Source of the DNA: Gnetum montanum
Lineage: Eukaryota; Plantae; Gnetophyta
Reading direction: 5' to 3'
DNA length: 64,000 bases
NCBI GenBank assembly: GCA_015680685.1
Contig: MNCI01001925.1
Location: 527,573 to 591,572, forward strand
The notes beneath the pieces were generated by a model that was not told the origin of the DNA, did not search any database, and was given only the letters and a program-made list of their open reading frames with translations. The translations under genes and the position numbers were made by a program. Each line of letters begins with the position of its first letter. The first letter of the stretch is position 1. Below are positions 1-13,511 of this stretch, one piece after another.

Positions 1-973
1 CAAATTTTTTTGGGTTGAGCTGCAGGTCATGCCTAAGACATCATTTAAGGATTACCCTTAGGTCCTCTAGGTGATCTTTTGACTTCCTAGATTTAACAAC
101 TATGTCATCTACAGAGTCGTTCAATCTCTCTAAGAGGTAATCGTTAAAGATATACATCATGGTGCATTGATAAGTTTCTCCAACGTTTTTTAGCCCGAAA
201 GGCATCATGGTGTAACAGAAAGTTCCCCAAGGGGTCATGAAAGTTGTAGTTAGTTGATGTTCTGGGTTGTTACATATTTGATTATATTTTGAAAACCCAT
301 CCACAAAGGATAGTAAAGCGTGGCCAGCTGTTGTATCGATAAGTTGGTTGATACCTGGTAATGGGAAATTGTCTTTAATTGTTGTCTTATTTAGATCGTG
401 GAGGTCTATACAAATTCGTATTCCTCCCGTTTTCTTAGAAACAACAACAATGTTTGACACCCAGTCTGAATAATCAACCGTGTAGATGAAACCAGCTTGA
501 TATAGCTTGGTGATTTCATCACGCACTACTAACGTGATTTCAGGCTTAATCTTCTGTGCTTTCTGTCTAACGGCTTTGATACTCGGGTCTAATATGATGT
601 TATGTTGTATTAGTCACAAGTCTAAACCTAGCATGTCTTCGTACGACCATGAAAACACCACAATGTTATCTTGGAGTACTCGAGATATGTCCCTCTACAT
701 TTGTTGGTCAAGGAGGGAACTAATCTTCAGAGTTTTGTTTTCCCCTTTCTATGTAACCACAGAGACCTCGGTGAGGGAATCCTTGATCACATCACCAGAT
801 TCCAGGTCTAGGGTCTAGGCCAAATGTTCTAGCCAATCTAGGGATACTTCTGAGGTTGCTATGGTTATGTCACACGAGAGAGCATCAGTTCCTATCATTG
901 CAAGATTAGTTTGTCTAAAAGTTTTCCTGTATGGGCCTGTTAGAACTAGGGGTGAAACTAAAGCTTCATCCAT
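1..973 (-). pseudogene. pol: pol of element A, reverse transcriptase N-terminal half
   Basis: ORF 41..526 has WVSNIVVVSKK-G-IRICID-DLNK, FPLP-I-QLID, TPWGTFCY-MPFGLKN-G-TYQ and SVDD (YVDD decayed). The upstream leader aligns with 50449-50790 and 17265-17552. Confidence 0.92.
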
Positions 974-1433
974 TTTTTAACTGACTTGCAAAACCACCAA
1001 GAACGAAAGTTGTTACATTTTTTTTGTCACCATGATGAAATGATAGAAGGTCTTAGAGCTAAGTGTCCAAAAAGGTTGCTAGTTTAAGGTCTTAGCGGAT
1101 AGTTACAATATATACAATTTGTAACAAAATAGTGAGTCAGGTTTCCTAGGTATTAGCATAAGGTTTTTGTGGATTATGATGAAAGGTATAACGTGGTGTG
1201 TCTACTGTGACAAAATAGCTAATTTAGGATTTTGTGCAGACCATAGTTAATGTGACCGGATTTCGAGACAATAAGCTATGCATTAATTTAGGGTATTTTT
1301 GGACGATCATCAATGCGATATCTACAAGATTAATTGTGTGATCTTTAAGCTTCATGTGGAACTGACATGTCTATATTTTAGGAAATTTCCACATTGATTA
1401 GACATGAAAATAGCAAGTTTTCACCATCACGTT

Positions 1434-1441
1434 TATAAATA
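1434..1441 (+). promoter_or_regulatory. Candidate TATA box of the antisense gene (element A)
   Basis: TATAAATA at an equivalent position and orientation in three copies (1434 +, 18020 +, ~49715-49722 -). Confidence 0.5.
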
Positions 1442-2213
1442 GATTGTTCATCCTCAAAGTAAATTGTAAACGTTGCGAGGTTGAGTTAGGCTAAAGAAGA
1501 GAGAAAGCATAAGTAGAAAATTTTGTAAAGGTTATTTAGGCGTAACTATGGCACCAAAGACCAAATGCAGGAATGCCAATTTGGTGAGGATTGATGAAGT
1601 ACATGAAAGCTTGGGGTGAATTTTGAAGGTGCAAGTTGAAACATGGGAGGCTACTCCACTCGCCCAGTAATTCATTCTTCACCTTCCTTGTTGGGTTATT
1701 TTCACTGTTATGGTATCATAATTTGTATTTGCTTCAAATATGTGCATTGTACTACATATCAATTCCTTCCTATGCTAACTATGCTACTGGATTTTGTAAT
1801 ATTACTTCGGTCACCATTTTCAAAGACAGACCTTGCATCGTCGCAAGGGTTTGGGTGATCTTGAGTAATATTGTACAAACATAATACATAACTAGTCATG
1901 AGTCTAGGTGTTATACCCTTGTATAACCCAAGTGGGGTTTCGTTTCCTTACCCACGATGGTTGTGTGTTACACTAGGGCAATATGTGGTGTTACCTTTAT
2001 CACCTTTTTCAGAGACAAACCTTGCACCATCGTAAGGGTTTGGACAATTTTGGTACGGCATTTCTAGCGTATCTTGTGATTTTCTAGGAGTCAAGATAAC
2101 GAGAACCTCAATGTTGCTAGTGGATTCTTGTGAGCATTTTTTTTATTATTTTCTTCTAGCACTATTAGCATGTCTAAACTATTTTTTTAATGGTAATGTG
2201 TTTTATCGTAAAG

Positions 2214-5200
2214 GATCACGTGAAGGCCCATCCTAATCGTTTTGGTCATTTTGGGTGTTTTGTGTTATTTAAATGTCCCCATGGCCAATGTTCCTCCTCC
2301 CCATGCTCATGTATGAGGAGAGGCAGTTTGGTTCTACAAGGGCACATGGGAGTTTCTCTAGTTTTTACTACCTAATTTTAGGGTAATTATTTGGTCGCAT
2401 CTGTCGGCTGAAACGATTGTTGCCATTTTGAAAACGTTGTTGGTTGGATCATCGTAGAGTATCTTGACATTCCTGGTGGATGGGTCAGTTGAGTTCGTAG
2501 GTGGGAGGGATCACAAACAAAGCATCAAGGGTTTGAAATCATTATCTTCGATCTGGGAGATGCCTAGGTTTAACTGATATCATGCCTACAACATGCTATT
2601 CATGGCTCATCATCTCACGACCTATTTTTAGAACCCACCTGGCCTTGTGTACTATGCTTGTAGGTAAGTGCTTTCAAGATTTTACGATCTGCTAAATATT
2701 ATCTATTTTTTGTGTTGGGTATAAGAAATTGTCTATATTCTATGGCATAGGTTTTTTAACAATGCAGATGGTCTTCAAGGTGATAGGGACATATTGTCTA
2801 TGGCCAAAATAGCCAGAAAGGAATTCACTTCCATTGGCAATGTGCACACTAGTGTCCTAGGATAACTGGGATTTGAAATCCAACACTATATTATCTGGTA
2901 TGTTAAATTCTTTGGATCATCCTATCACCGTTGATGATGTGCAGGAGATAATTCCACTATTTCCCTTGCCCTCTGGACATGGTAAGTTACGCTACGGTGA
3001 TCAACGATGTGACCCTACAAAATGAGAATAGTGTATAAGATTTTGTTATTTTGTTGTTTTTTCTAACCTATTATTTTATATTTATATTTAAGGAATCACG
3101 GGAGGTCACAGTGGTAGCTTCTAAGTGTGAGGCAGCCAGTATCTTCTTCCGTTATGGTGACATAACAAAAGTGCAATGCTAGCTTTGCCATGGAGCTGCC
3201 CCAGCTACCATAACCAATAACCTCCAAGAAGCTAGAATGATTGAGCTATTTCTTGCTATAACCCTCAATGTCATAGTGGCCGAAATGTTGGCCCTAGTCA
3301 ACTCCTTTAGTGATGAAGCTGAGCATCTTCACATGCACGTGCGTAATTTTTGTGTGAGTTTTGATATTAATGCTCAACTGTTCGTTGACTTTTTTGGTGT
3401 TTCCTCTAATGGTCTTCCAGTGGAAGAAAGATCAAAGAGAGGTTCTAAGCATTAGAAGGACATAGAGGAGTTTCTAGGGGTTAAGAAAGAACCAAAATGC
3501 ATCTTGGCTGATAAAATCAAGATAGAGGTGGCTAACACCATTTATCCCCTCTTTCGAGCTTGCGCTTTCCCCAAAATACTCTCCCAAGGAAGGATCCTTG
3601 GCATAGAGAAGGCTTGGATTATGTGGGAGGTTATGGAGGGGACATGGTATAATTAGGACAAACACCTTGCTAAAGGCCTACAGGCTGAAATGGTTAAGCT
3701 TTGCAAGATGCTTGAGTCTCATTTCAAAATGCATTTTACCTTCTTCTTAGCTTGTTTACAGTATTTTGTCAAATTCTTGGTGGTTTATAGGGATGGATTC
3801 TGGGTGCAGTAAGATCATAACCAGATTTCCAAACCATGGATTTTTTAGGTCTTTTGCATCATCTGATCCCAAGATCCTCCTGAAGGTATTGGGAAGTCAG
3901 TTTCACTAACGACTAAGGATCTGGTGGTGCCTCCTACCTAAGGCCAAGACAGCATGGGTGGGGTACCCCCTTCCTACACTGGCAGTGCGTCAAGGGGAAA
4001 GTGCCTAGAAGTAGAAATAGTAGTTTCATCAGTTTAGTGGAAAAAGTGTCATTTGGCTATGGATTCTCCTAGTCCGACTAGTGAAGAGGGAAGGAAACTA
4101 TAAATTAAGTTTCACAGGAACCATCCCCTGGCTAGTAAGTAGAAAAATGCATGATTAATTTATGTATGTTATGCTACATATAGACATCATTGCGTCACGT
4201 AGTGCTTATGAAAAATAAGTAAGGTTTTTTGTTAACTATGATGTGTTTAATAGGAAAAGGAAAAGATGTAGAGGGATTGACCACTAAAATAGGGGGTCAT
4301 AGTCTTGCAATGTGGGGAAGGGACCCCATTTTTGAAAAAGGAGGCCCTTGTTAACAATGTAGGCAACACACAGGCTCCTATGCCCGAAGAGGAGATGGGC
4401 ATAGAGGACATCGAGGTCCTTTTGGATGAGCCCAGAAAGGAGGAGTGGTTCATCGCTGGTGAGTTTCCTCAAAGGGAAATCCCCCTACTATTACTCCTAA
4501 TGGTTTGTTGAATTAGAGCTTTGTGTTATTGTAATGTCTCAGTTTCTTTTATCTACTGTGATATGTTTAACTCTTTTTGTTTGTGTAGTAGGCACTTCTG
4601 ATAACAGTGGTATACCTTTGTGAGTAGCCTCAACTCAACATTGGGGTGAGGCTCTTGACAAATTTCCCTTTATTAAAGGCATTGTAAACGATATGATTGG
4701 TTGCTTAAAGTGAATTGATCCTAAGATTGGTACATCACCGTTCTTATGCAGGAATCATTGAAATTACAATATTACATTATTCTGTTGTGTCTAACTATTG
4801 ATTTTTCATGTTATAGGATCTGGCCTCAAATGGGATCCAAAAGAGCCCACTGACATAGAAACTACCCCTAAACCCTCATCAGAGGTGACCGAAGTGCCAC
4901 GCAGCCTTTACAATGAGATGTGTAAATGTGCGTTACACTATGCCCATTCTCTATGGGAGTGTTAGAATGTCAATGAAGATCTTTGGAAGAGGTTGCAGAA
5001 AGTAGAAAAAGAGAAAGCTACCCTGACTACTAGGGTTGCGGACCTTGAGTCCTAGAATGAATTTCTACAAGCTCAAGAGGCTAATGATGAGAATTGGTGT
5101 ACAGCTATGATTGACTACGCCCATTATTGGATGGTCGCCAGGAACAATGTCCAAGCCAGTCATGAGCTCATTGAGCAACCGATGCAAATGGATCTCCTAG

Positions 5201-5975
5201 CCCAGAAGAACCAAGACTGGAAGGATTTCAGTGTGAGGGTCCAAGAATGGGGACAGGCATAGAAAGACCATAAGCATATGTACAAATGAGAATGTGTTGT
5301 CTACCGCCAACATTACAGGGAGTCCACAATTGAAGCATGGTCCCTTTGGTTATTCCTTAATGTCATCGGTGCTTCTAGAGCATATGAAAAGTTTTAGGAG
5401 CAAGTGATAGTGAGTGCCTCTCTTGAGAGAGAGATAACCCTCCCTGACGAGAAGACTACTATCCCTTCCTTCTTTCCTAAACTGCCTTGGTGGACTCCTA
5501 TGGAAAAAGGAAAGATGAAGACTAGAACTAATCTAGGAGATGGCGTTTAGACCAAGCTCACTGAGGATGAGATCATGCAGTGCTTATTAGTCAGCCTGGA
5601 ACAAATTCCTTTTACGGCCAACACACGACCCTCATAGGTAAGCTATGTTATAGTTGTATTATTCTTATGGGTGATTTCTATGGTAACACTAATGTTTGTT
5701 TCATGTCAAATTGTAGGATCGACACGAAGAGGGTCCTCATGAAGAGGAGCACCATAGAGATGATGGCCCTCACGAAGAGGGTCCCCATGAGGAGGAGCCT
5801 CACAGAGATGATCATCTTCATGAAGAGGATCCCCATGAGGAGGATTCCTACAGAGAAGATTGCCTCCACAAAGAGACACCACGCAAAGAATCTCCTTATG
5901 AGGATGATCCTCATGAGGCTAAGATGGAGTCAAATGGCATATATAGAAGTGGTAACAAAGGGGATGTGTAGTATG
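2214..5975 (+). pseudogene. Antisense multi-exon accessory gene of element A (FCP1/NIF-like domain, PMD-like domain, coiled coil, acidic repeat tail)
   Basis: Exons ~2214-2663, 2751-2981, 3093-4135, 4253-4502, 4592-4729, 4818-5637 and 5718-5975, separated by AT-rich GT..AG introns. Translations align with the copies at 19473-23030 and 48883-45180. Several in-frame stops. Confidence 0.75.
5718..5920 (+). repeat. 15-bp coding tandem repeat (PHEE[E/G/D]-type pentapeptide, about 13 units)
   Basis: cctcatgaagaggag / ccccatgaggaggag / cctcacagagatgat units in the last exon of the antisense gene. Confidence 0.75.
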
Positions 5976-6111
5976 GAAATATTGGGCAAACATTTTGTTG
6001 TAATGAGAAGAAATAAAGCATAACTTTCTTTTTGATCAAAGTGATTGTAAAATAAATTTTTTTAATTTTTGATTTTATGAAGAAAAGTGTATCGTCAGAA
6101 AGATTACACAT

Positions 6112-6757
6112 TTTAGGCCACTGCGGGCCATTAATAGTTTAAGGCCATTTCAGGTTGGGCCATCATATGCATAATAGAATAAATAGAATTGCCATTTTTA
6201 GGCCATAGTGGGCCATTAATAGTTTAAGGCCATTTTGGGTTGGGCCATCATATGCATAAAATAATAAAAATAATTGCCAATTTAAGATTGTAGTAGGTTG
6301 TTAATAGTTTAAGGCCATTTTGGGCTGGCCCATTATATGCATAAAAGAATAAATAAAATTGCCAATTTTAGGTCGTAGCATGCCATTAATAGTTTACGGC
6401 CATTTTATGCTGGGCCATCGTATTCTTAAAAGAATAAATAGAATTTCCAGTTTTAGGCCATAGTGGGCCATTAATAGTTTAAGGCCATTTCGGGCCAGGC
6501 CATCATATGCGTAAAAGAATAAATAGAATTGCCAATTTAAGGTTCTAGTAGGTTGTTAAGAGTTTAAGGCCATTTCAGGCTGGGCCACCGTATGCATAAA
6601 AGAATAAACAGAATTGCCAGTTCTAGGTTGTAGCATGCCATTAATAGTTTAAGGCCACTTCGGGCTAGGCCATCGTATGCATAAAAGAATAAACAGAATT
6701 TCCAGTTTTAGGCCATAGTGGGTTGTTAATAGTTTAAGGCCATTTCGGGCCAGGGTG
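6112..6757. repeat. Tandem array of ~89-bp units (about 7) between the protease stop and the 3' end of the antisense gene
   Basis: Repeating ggccattaatagtttaaggccattt..ggctgggccatcatatgcataaaagaataaatagaattgcca. Confidence 0.9.
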
Positions 6758-6862
6758 CATATAAAAAAGCATAACGAGAAAAATGCAACCAAAAAGGACT
6801 TAAATTACGTAACAGTAAACAATGTGGACTGATATAACATGTCACACTAACATGTTCATTTG

Positions 6863-9800
6863 CTAGCTCTGTAGCTACTTCTTGATTATTTTTAGGTTTA
6901 GAAATGCATATGGACAAGGAGGCTTATTACAGAATTCCTCTACGCTACCATCTTCTCCCCGGAATGGTAGTTCAGCCCAAGTCAAGCTTTCACTGGCCAC
7001 CATGTCGACCTGTTCAACTATTGGGATAGGGTTTTGATCTTCAGGGATTTCAATCTCTGAACCTTATTCCATTTCCACGTTGTTAACTGCTTGAGGGGTC
7101 ATTTTATCACCATTGATGATCATTTCCCCTCCTACATAGGGCAAGTGGATCTCTTGATGAATGGGTGATGATACTGCCCTTAATTGAGCTAACCAAGACC
7201 TCCCTAAGATTAGGTTGAAGCTAGGCATCTGCTTGACAATGATAAACACTACGTTTGTGGGAAATTGATTCCCTACTACAAAGTTGATGTGCATAGTTCC
7301 CTTAACTTGCACTCATGCCCCATTAAATAACTTCAAAGATGATGTTGTCATGGGATTAATCTGGTCGATCAAACCCAATTTGTCTACTATGGGGAATGGA
7401 ATGACATTGGTAGCAGCTCCATCATCTATGTGTACTCTCCAGATCCTGTACTGGCTAACCTAGATAGTGATGAACATGGATGCTGTTGTCACCTAATCCT
7501 TTTCTGGGTCATCCTTAATGGACTTATCATGAAATGTCAATTGGGAAGGGCATGGTTGTTCAGCAGTGGGGGGAAGCGTAATCGAATGGATTGTTTCTTC
7601 CTCCACTGGCAAGCTCTTGTCCATGAGTATGGACTCTAACATGTGAACCATGGCTTCATAATGCTTTTGTGATGTCATCAGTAAGTCATAGAGGCTCAAC
7701 ATTTTATTTTTCTATTTAAGAGCTTGCTTAACTTGCATAAAAGTGTCAAGGAGATCATGCCCATGATATGGTTGTTTGTTACCCTTCTCTTCTTCCATTT
7801 GTCCTAGGAGATGGATCTCTAAGGGAGGAATGGTTTCTGATTGAGGGTTGCATTTTCTTGGGCAGGGAGAAGATGGTCGCATTTGTGTAACATCATCATT
7901 TTTAGTGGAAGGTGGGGCCAAGGGCACCAAGGAAAGGGATGTAGGCTTAGGAAATCCCAGCATAAGGCGGTCCTTGACTGTGTTATCTATCATACGTCCT
8001 TCTCCTTTCCTGATAGGTTGTGATTAGGGCATTGACTTAGAGATTTTCCCTTGTGTAGTAGGAGCAACTGATGGCTTTGGGACCCTGATGACAAAGGGTG
8101 CCCTAGGTGTGGGTGTAGGCTGGGCCTTAGCTTTACCGACAGTGGGTTGTGGAAAAAAAGTCTAAGAAGGAACTCAAAGATAAAAGGTTTTTGCTAAGCC
8201 ACACCCATCAATGTTGATGGGATTTTCATCTGAGGTGGTTGAGGAGGCACACGTAACATAAAGGGTTTCTTTGGTTATGCCTGGCCATTGCATTCTATGC
8301 CCACTACGTTGATAGTGTACACTAAGTTATTTATGTTTAACGGGTCTTGGTACACATGCATGGATTGGTTTTATGGATGGACTGGACTACTACTATCTAG
8401 GATCAATTTACCTTGGTCGATCATGCATTGAATGTCATCCTTCAATGCCCAATAGTAATCTGTGTCATGACCACATAGTTGGTGGTAGTTGTAAAAATGA
8501 TCTAGCCTGAAATTCTTCGGGACTAGTAGTTCATTAGGTAGGGCCAAGGAGGGGTTCTTAAGTAGCTCACAGTGCCGTTTGTGGCACTTCAGAGCCTCTT
8601 AGGACACTGTATTGTGTTGGATGTGGCGAGTTCCCAGTAGTTTCTTTAGAAGTTTTGAAGATTTTACAGGTAGAGCTATGTAATTTGAGCAATCTTTACG
8701 CTCAAAATTAGGCTTCGACTATGGTGATGCGTTAGGGATGGATGCTGTTTCTTGATCGATACTATTTGAGCTAGTTGTAGCCTCAGCAGGTACCATAGGT
8801 GCTTTCTTTTTGTTATTTTTATAGCCCCTTCGACCATGGCTACTACTATTTTTGTTGCATCTTTGCCCTTATCTTTGCTCTTGTTATGGTCATTTTTGTA
8901 GACCACATACGCTGGGTCTTTACTAGCCTCTACCGTGTCTTGAATGCTTTTAGTCTGAGAGAAGGCTTAGGTGAGGGAGTAAGAAGCAAGGTAATATAGT
9001 TTAGACTTAATAAAGTTGTTAACTGCCCCCTTGAAGATTTCCAATAGATGAGCCTCCATGATGGGTTCACGAATTTCATTCAAGATGGTGCTCCATTGGT
9101 GTATGAACTTTTGAACTAGCTCGAGCAGGTCTTGTTTAACTCCCATTAGCTAGTCTAGCATGACTTCTTCTTTCAGATTGTATTTGAAATGAGTCATGAA
9201 CTGAGTCAACAGATCTTGCAAGGTCAATATGGAAGAGCGTGGAAGTGCACAATACCAATCTAAATCTTTACCCGTTAGGGACATAGCAAAGAGACAGATG
9301 ATGGTATGTGGTCATTATTGTAGCAACAAAGACTCTGACCTAAAGGTGACTAGATGAGCATTGGGATCGCCTTTCCCATAGTATTTTATAAAATGGGGAA
9401 GTGGCATCCCAGGTGGTAACGATAAGATAGGTACTATCGGGCTGATAGGATCATCATGGTAGAAATCCATGACCTGTATTGTATCAGAACTGGTAGCCTT
9501 GAGGTGTTAAACCTCTTTGGTAAGGGTTTGAATAAGCTAGAAGGCTTGGTCCAAACCCATGAGTGGAGAGGTTGGTTGTGGAATAGTAGGGGGAGCCACG
9601 ATGGATGGCAGGATAGGGGTAGCATCATGGCCTGTGAGTGATGTAGTTGGAATTGTCCCTATAGGTAGTACTTCCTGTGTCATCCACCACCTAGCAGGTG
9701 GTGCAGGTGGGGTGACTACTGTTGATTGTGACATAGGAAACACTATTTGCATAGCCGATGACATAGGCCATGACCCTGTAATTAGATTTACTACTTGCGG

Positions 9801-10622
9801 GATCTGGTGTTGATGATGAGTGAGATGGGACATTTGCATAGGCTGTGCAATAGGGGGTGATGTATTTGGATCCCACCATGCAGTAGTGGCAGGTCCTATC
9901 GTGTAATTTGGAATGAATGTAAGAGCTACATGTAATTGCAAAGTAGGCACTTCATGCACATATGGTGACATAGGAACATGTATGTGATGAGATGGATTGG
10001 CTAATTGTGACTGTGGAGGAATCTTCTGTGAAGGAATGTCACCCAGGAGGGTAGCTAGAGAGAAGAAATGCTGATGGAATGCATGCACCACATGATTGGC
10101 CGTAGTCAATGATAACGGCGTAGTGACCATAAATAGTGGGTTTACACGAGATGTCATGGAGGGAGCAGCCATGACAAAGCTAGCATGACTACCTCCCTCG
10201 AAGTGAGAATCTAGGTCCTCCTACCCATCATGGGATGCTTCATCATAGAAAAACTCATCTCGTTGTTCTGCTGATGCCCTAGCCATTAACAATTGGTCCA
10301 GCATCCACTGTTTCTAGTCTGTTAGAGGTATGGAAGCATTCGGTGAGGCAACAAATTCCTTCCCATTTCAGTAGATGAACTTGTATTTACATTTCATTTC
10401 GAGTTCCTGTGAGTACATAGGTAGATTCGCCATTAGCTTGGCACATAGGAAGTTCTAGTATTCAGTGCGCTAAGTGTGTTCCTCAGGCTTCTTATTTTGA
10501 ATTCTAAGAGATCGGTGTGGCTGCACTGGACTAGCCGGTGACTCAGCAACAATATGCGTAGCCTACACCATCTAGGGGTTTTTGAGGTTAGTAGTGGTAA
10601 CGATGGTGATCGCTATAGCCAT
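6863..10622 (-). pseudogene. gag: gag-protease of element A
   Basis: Gag core (KYYGKGDPNAHLVTF, DWY), knuckle YHQLCGHDTDY and protease IDDGAATNVIP...FNLILGRSWL. Near-collinear with element Z (59642-63363). Many stops. Confidence 0.88.
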
Positions 10623-10854
10623 TCTCTACGTAGCTAGAAAGTAATGATAATAGTGCTGAAGATCACAAAGGAAAAGGCAAATTGAAGGTAGACGTGGGCT
10701 TTCTATCCTACTAGATTCCAAATGAATCGTTAGAGCGACTGATCTGTAGCACAAAATCACGTAAATAACCATGAAGTTATTACGTTTACATCAATTGATA
10801 ATGGATACAAATAGCTTACAAGACTACCCATGAAAATGCAGATCAAAGGTTCTA

Positions 10855-10872
10855 GCCCTCCTTCTAGTGCCA
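10855..10872 (-). promoter_or_regulatory. Primer binding site (tRNA-Asn type), element A
   Basis: Minus strand TGGCACTAGAAGGAGGGC, 6 nt from the LTR end; complementary to the plant tRNA-Asn 3' end ...CCTCCTTCTAGCGCCA with one mismatch. Confidence 0.8.
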
Positions 10873-10878
10873 GAAAAT

Positions 10879-12113
10879 TGTAACAATGAAAAATGTCAGT
10901 TGTTGAAAACACTAAGGGGACTTTCCGTGTACATAGTTTTAACCCTAGATCTGTGTAAGGGCCATGCTAGAGAAAAAAAATCCAAGGTGCCCTGAATTGT
11001 CTTATCAATCAGATAGGGACTTACTTAGTTAGTAAATTTGTCAACCATCATATAACGAGGTGACGATTTGACATGAAAATATATTATTGATCTATGAGAA
11101 AACAAGATTTGTTCCAAGATTAGATTTTGAAGGTAATGTAAATTATGCAAAATGATTGTAGGATTCAATGTGAACAGGGCGTAATGAATTGAATTTAGAA
11201 CATGTAGAATCCCAAGATCTGGGATCCACCTTATAAATAAATATGATGAATACAATGAGATTTACAAGTGGACTCTGGTTTGGATGAAGTACCCACAACC
11301 AACAAGAAGCTACTTAGAGATGAAAAGAGCAAAGGCCAATCTACCTTGTTTACTAGCCAATCTGGGCACAAGGGAGTCATGCTCGAAGAAAAGTGTCTAC
11401 TTACTTGAAGTCTCTAGTCAAAATCTTCTCTCTGTCACCGTCGATGCTCTTCTATTGCCAACTCTTTCTTGTCATCTCGCCAATCTTTACCCAAAACTAT
11501 CAAAATTTCCAACCCTTTGAGCATCATTCGCCAGGGTATTTATAAGATTATGGTTAGGAGAAAAAACATGATTTGGATTACGCGTGTCCTGAGCCCACAA
11601 AATACCATTGAACTAATGTGTTGTAGCTGAAGCTTATGGTGCTACGCTGTGCTATGCTCTGAAGCATAGTATAGCATATCTACCCTTGCCTTTAGCATTG
11701 AATTTACAGATCTTTGATAGCATATTGTCCTGCAGCTACACTACGATATACTAAAGAGTGTATCGTACCATAATGACTGCTACTGCTTGAATTTTATTAC
11801 CTTTGTTGCTACAACTAAGTCAACTGTGCTGCTTGCATTATGCTATGTCATGCTACATAGCATAACCCAGCGTATCATGATAATAGTTAATATTTTTGAC
11901 ATGGCTAGCTTCCGAAGTTGAAGTGTTATTGTTATGCATCCTTTGTTCTGTTATGTCTTCTCAAGTCTACTACTCTGAGCTGTGTAACATAGCGTAGCAG
12001 GCCCTTAGCCAAAAAAAAGAAAACTTGCTAAGATGTGCCACTTGTGAAAATCTTTTGCCTAAACTTCGAAACTTTGCTGAATCATCGAGGTCTCGAAATT
12101 TCATGGTGTTTCA
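10879..12113 (-). repeat. 5' LTR of element A
   Basis: Minus strand starts TGAAACACCATG and ends ...GTTACA next to the PBS. TATA-like TATAAATAC near 11537-11546. Shares the U5 motif aagtccctatctgat with the other LTRs. Confidence 0.82.
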
Positions 12114-13481
12114 GGCATGAGCTATGCTTATGTATGTGATGATTTTTGTGTGAGTTATAGGTTCAGCTCAATCCACTATTGAAGTGGGCAAAGTCGAAAA
12201 CATGCTTGGTGTTATGCTTAAGGCTAAAACAGCTAGTGCATTAACTATGGAATTTTCATTTTAGGGTATATGTTGGACATCTATGATTGAAAATTTTTTA
12301 AGCAAGTGCTTTACCAAATCATATTAAGGTTTTATATGTTGTTCCTTACAAGTGTAAACCTCTATGACTTGGTTCATAACTAGCTGCGAATTACCTTAGA
12401 CTACTATGTTTTGAATTCTTAACCTTTGAGTTGCTAAGATGCCTCTAAGGATCTATGACTTGGTTAATAACTAGCTACGAATTACCTTAGACTACTATGT
12501 TTTGAATTCTTAACTTTTGAGTTGCTAAGATGCCTCTAAGGAGACTTTCATACTCCACCATGTTGTTGTACAAGGAAATACAAAGTGGTATGTGAAGGGT
12601 CACAGCTCCCTAGAGGGGAATGTGATAATGGCAGTGACATTACCACCTTGTGTGCTTGAAGCATCATTAAAGTATGAAACAACCTTAAAATTTGTAGGTA
12701 CTTGACTTATGCTGCTAGCATGCTCATCTAGGAATTCTAGATCTATTGTTCCCTAATCATCTATGGGTGAAGCCATCAGTTATGCACCTATTGCTTGACC
12801 TTTTGTGAATGTTTGTGCTATGTAGTGAATGTCAAACTTCACAGTTATTGCCTTCCACCTTGCTATTCTACTACTTTCATATATGTTTGTTGTAATAGCC
12901 CTAAGTACATTGTTTTTGAAGATGACATTGACTTGACTATGGAAAAGGTAGTGTCTCCACTTTATAAGCGCAAAGAATAAGGCAAGATAACTCTTCTTCA
13001 CATCATTATATTTTTCCTTATGTGCTACTAACTCATGGCTTAAGTAGTAAATATGGACCTTAGAGCCATCATCTCACTTTTGGAAAGTAGGGAACTAATG
13101 GACATGTTTGAGGAGCAAGGTAAATATAGAAAAGGTTTATCTCTTTGCATATGGTAGACTGTTGGAAGTTTAGCTAGCTTCTTTTTTATGTTGTCAAATG
13201 CCTCTTGGCATTGAACTTTCCACTCAAATTTGATCCCCATTTTAAGAAAATGTTGCATTGGCTGCAACTTATCAGTCAATCTTATGATAAATATACATAT
13301 GAATTGTAGTCTAGCTTGTAACCTGTGTAACTCCTTAAGGTTTGCTAGTGATGCTAAGTTGGTGATAGCCTTAACCTTTTTAGGGTCTATATGTATTCCT
13401 ACTTCTAATACCAAAAATCCTAACATGTGACCAGTTTTGATGCCAAAGACAAACTTTTTTGGATTAAGCCTAAGGTCATGT
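12114..13481 (-). pseudogene. pol: pol of element B: RT C-terminus, RNase H and archaeal-type RNase H
   Basis: HDLRLNPKK-VFG, LGFLV, YLALFFALIKWRHYL, SSRIARW and KGQAI. The aRH region aligns with 52190-52640. Confidence 0.88.
12361..12541. repeat. ~91-bp tandem duplication inside the aRH region of element B
   Basis: tctatgacttggtt..ataactagct..gaattaccttagactactatg...gatgcctctaagga occurs twice back to back. Confidence 0.9.
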
Positions 13482-13511
13482 TGTTGGCACATTAGGCCAT
13501 TTCATGGAACA

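Larger units (their letters stand above)
1..12113 (-). mobile_element. Element A: decayed Ty3/Gypsy (Tat/Ogre-like) LTR retrotransposon, 5' part, runs off the window start; inserted into the pol of element B
   Basis: On the minus strand: LTR 12113-10879, PBS, gag-protease 10622-6863, spacer with antisense gene, RT from 973. The flank at 12114+ is the post-aRH pol sequence of element B. Confidence 0.85.

Noticed and set aside
5580-6023. 147-aa ORF in the ORF track
   Set aside because: It is an alternate-frame read-through of the 15-bp repeat that crosses a predicted intron; the homologous frame is the acidic one.
6112-6757. Repeat array resembling a CRISPR locus
   Set aside because: Units are contiguous degenerate tandem repeats without unique spacers, there are no cas genes, and the context is a plant retrotransposon.
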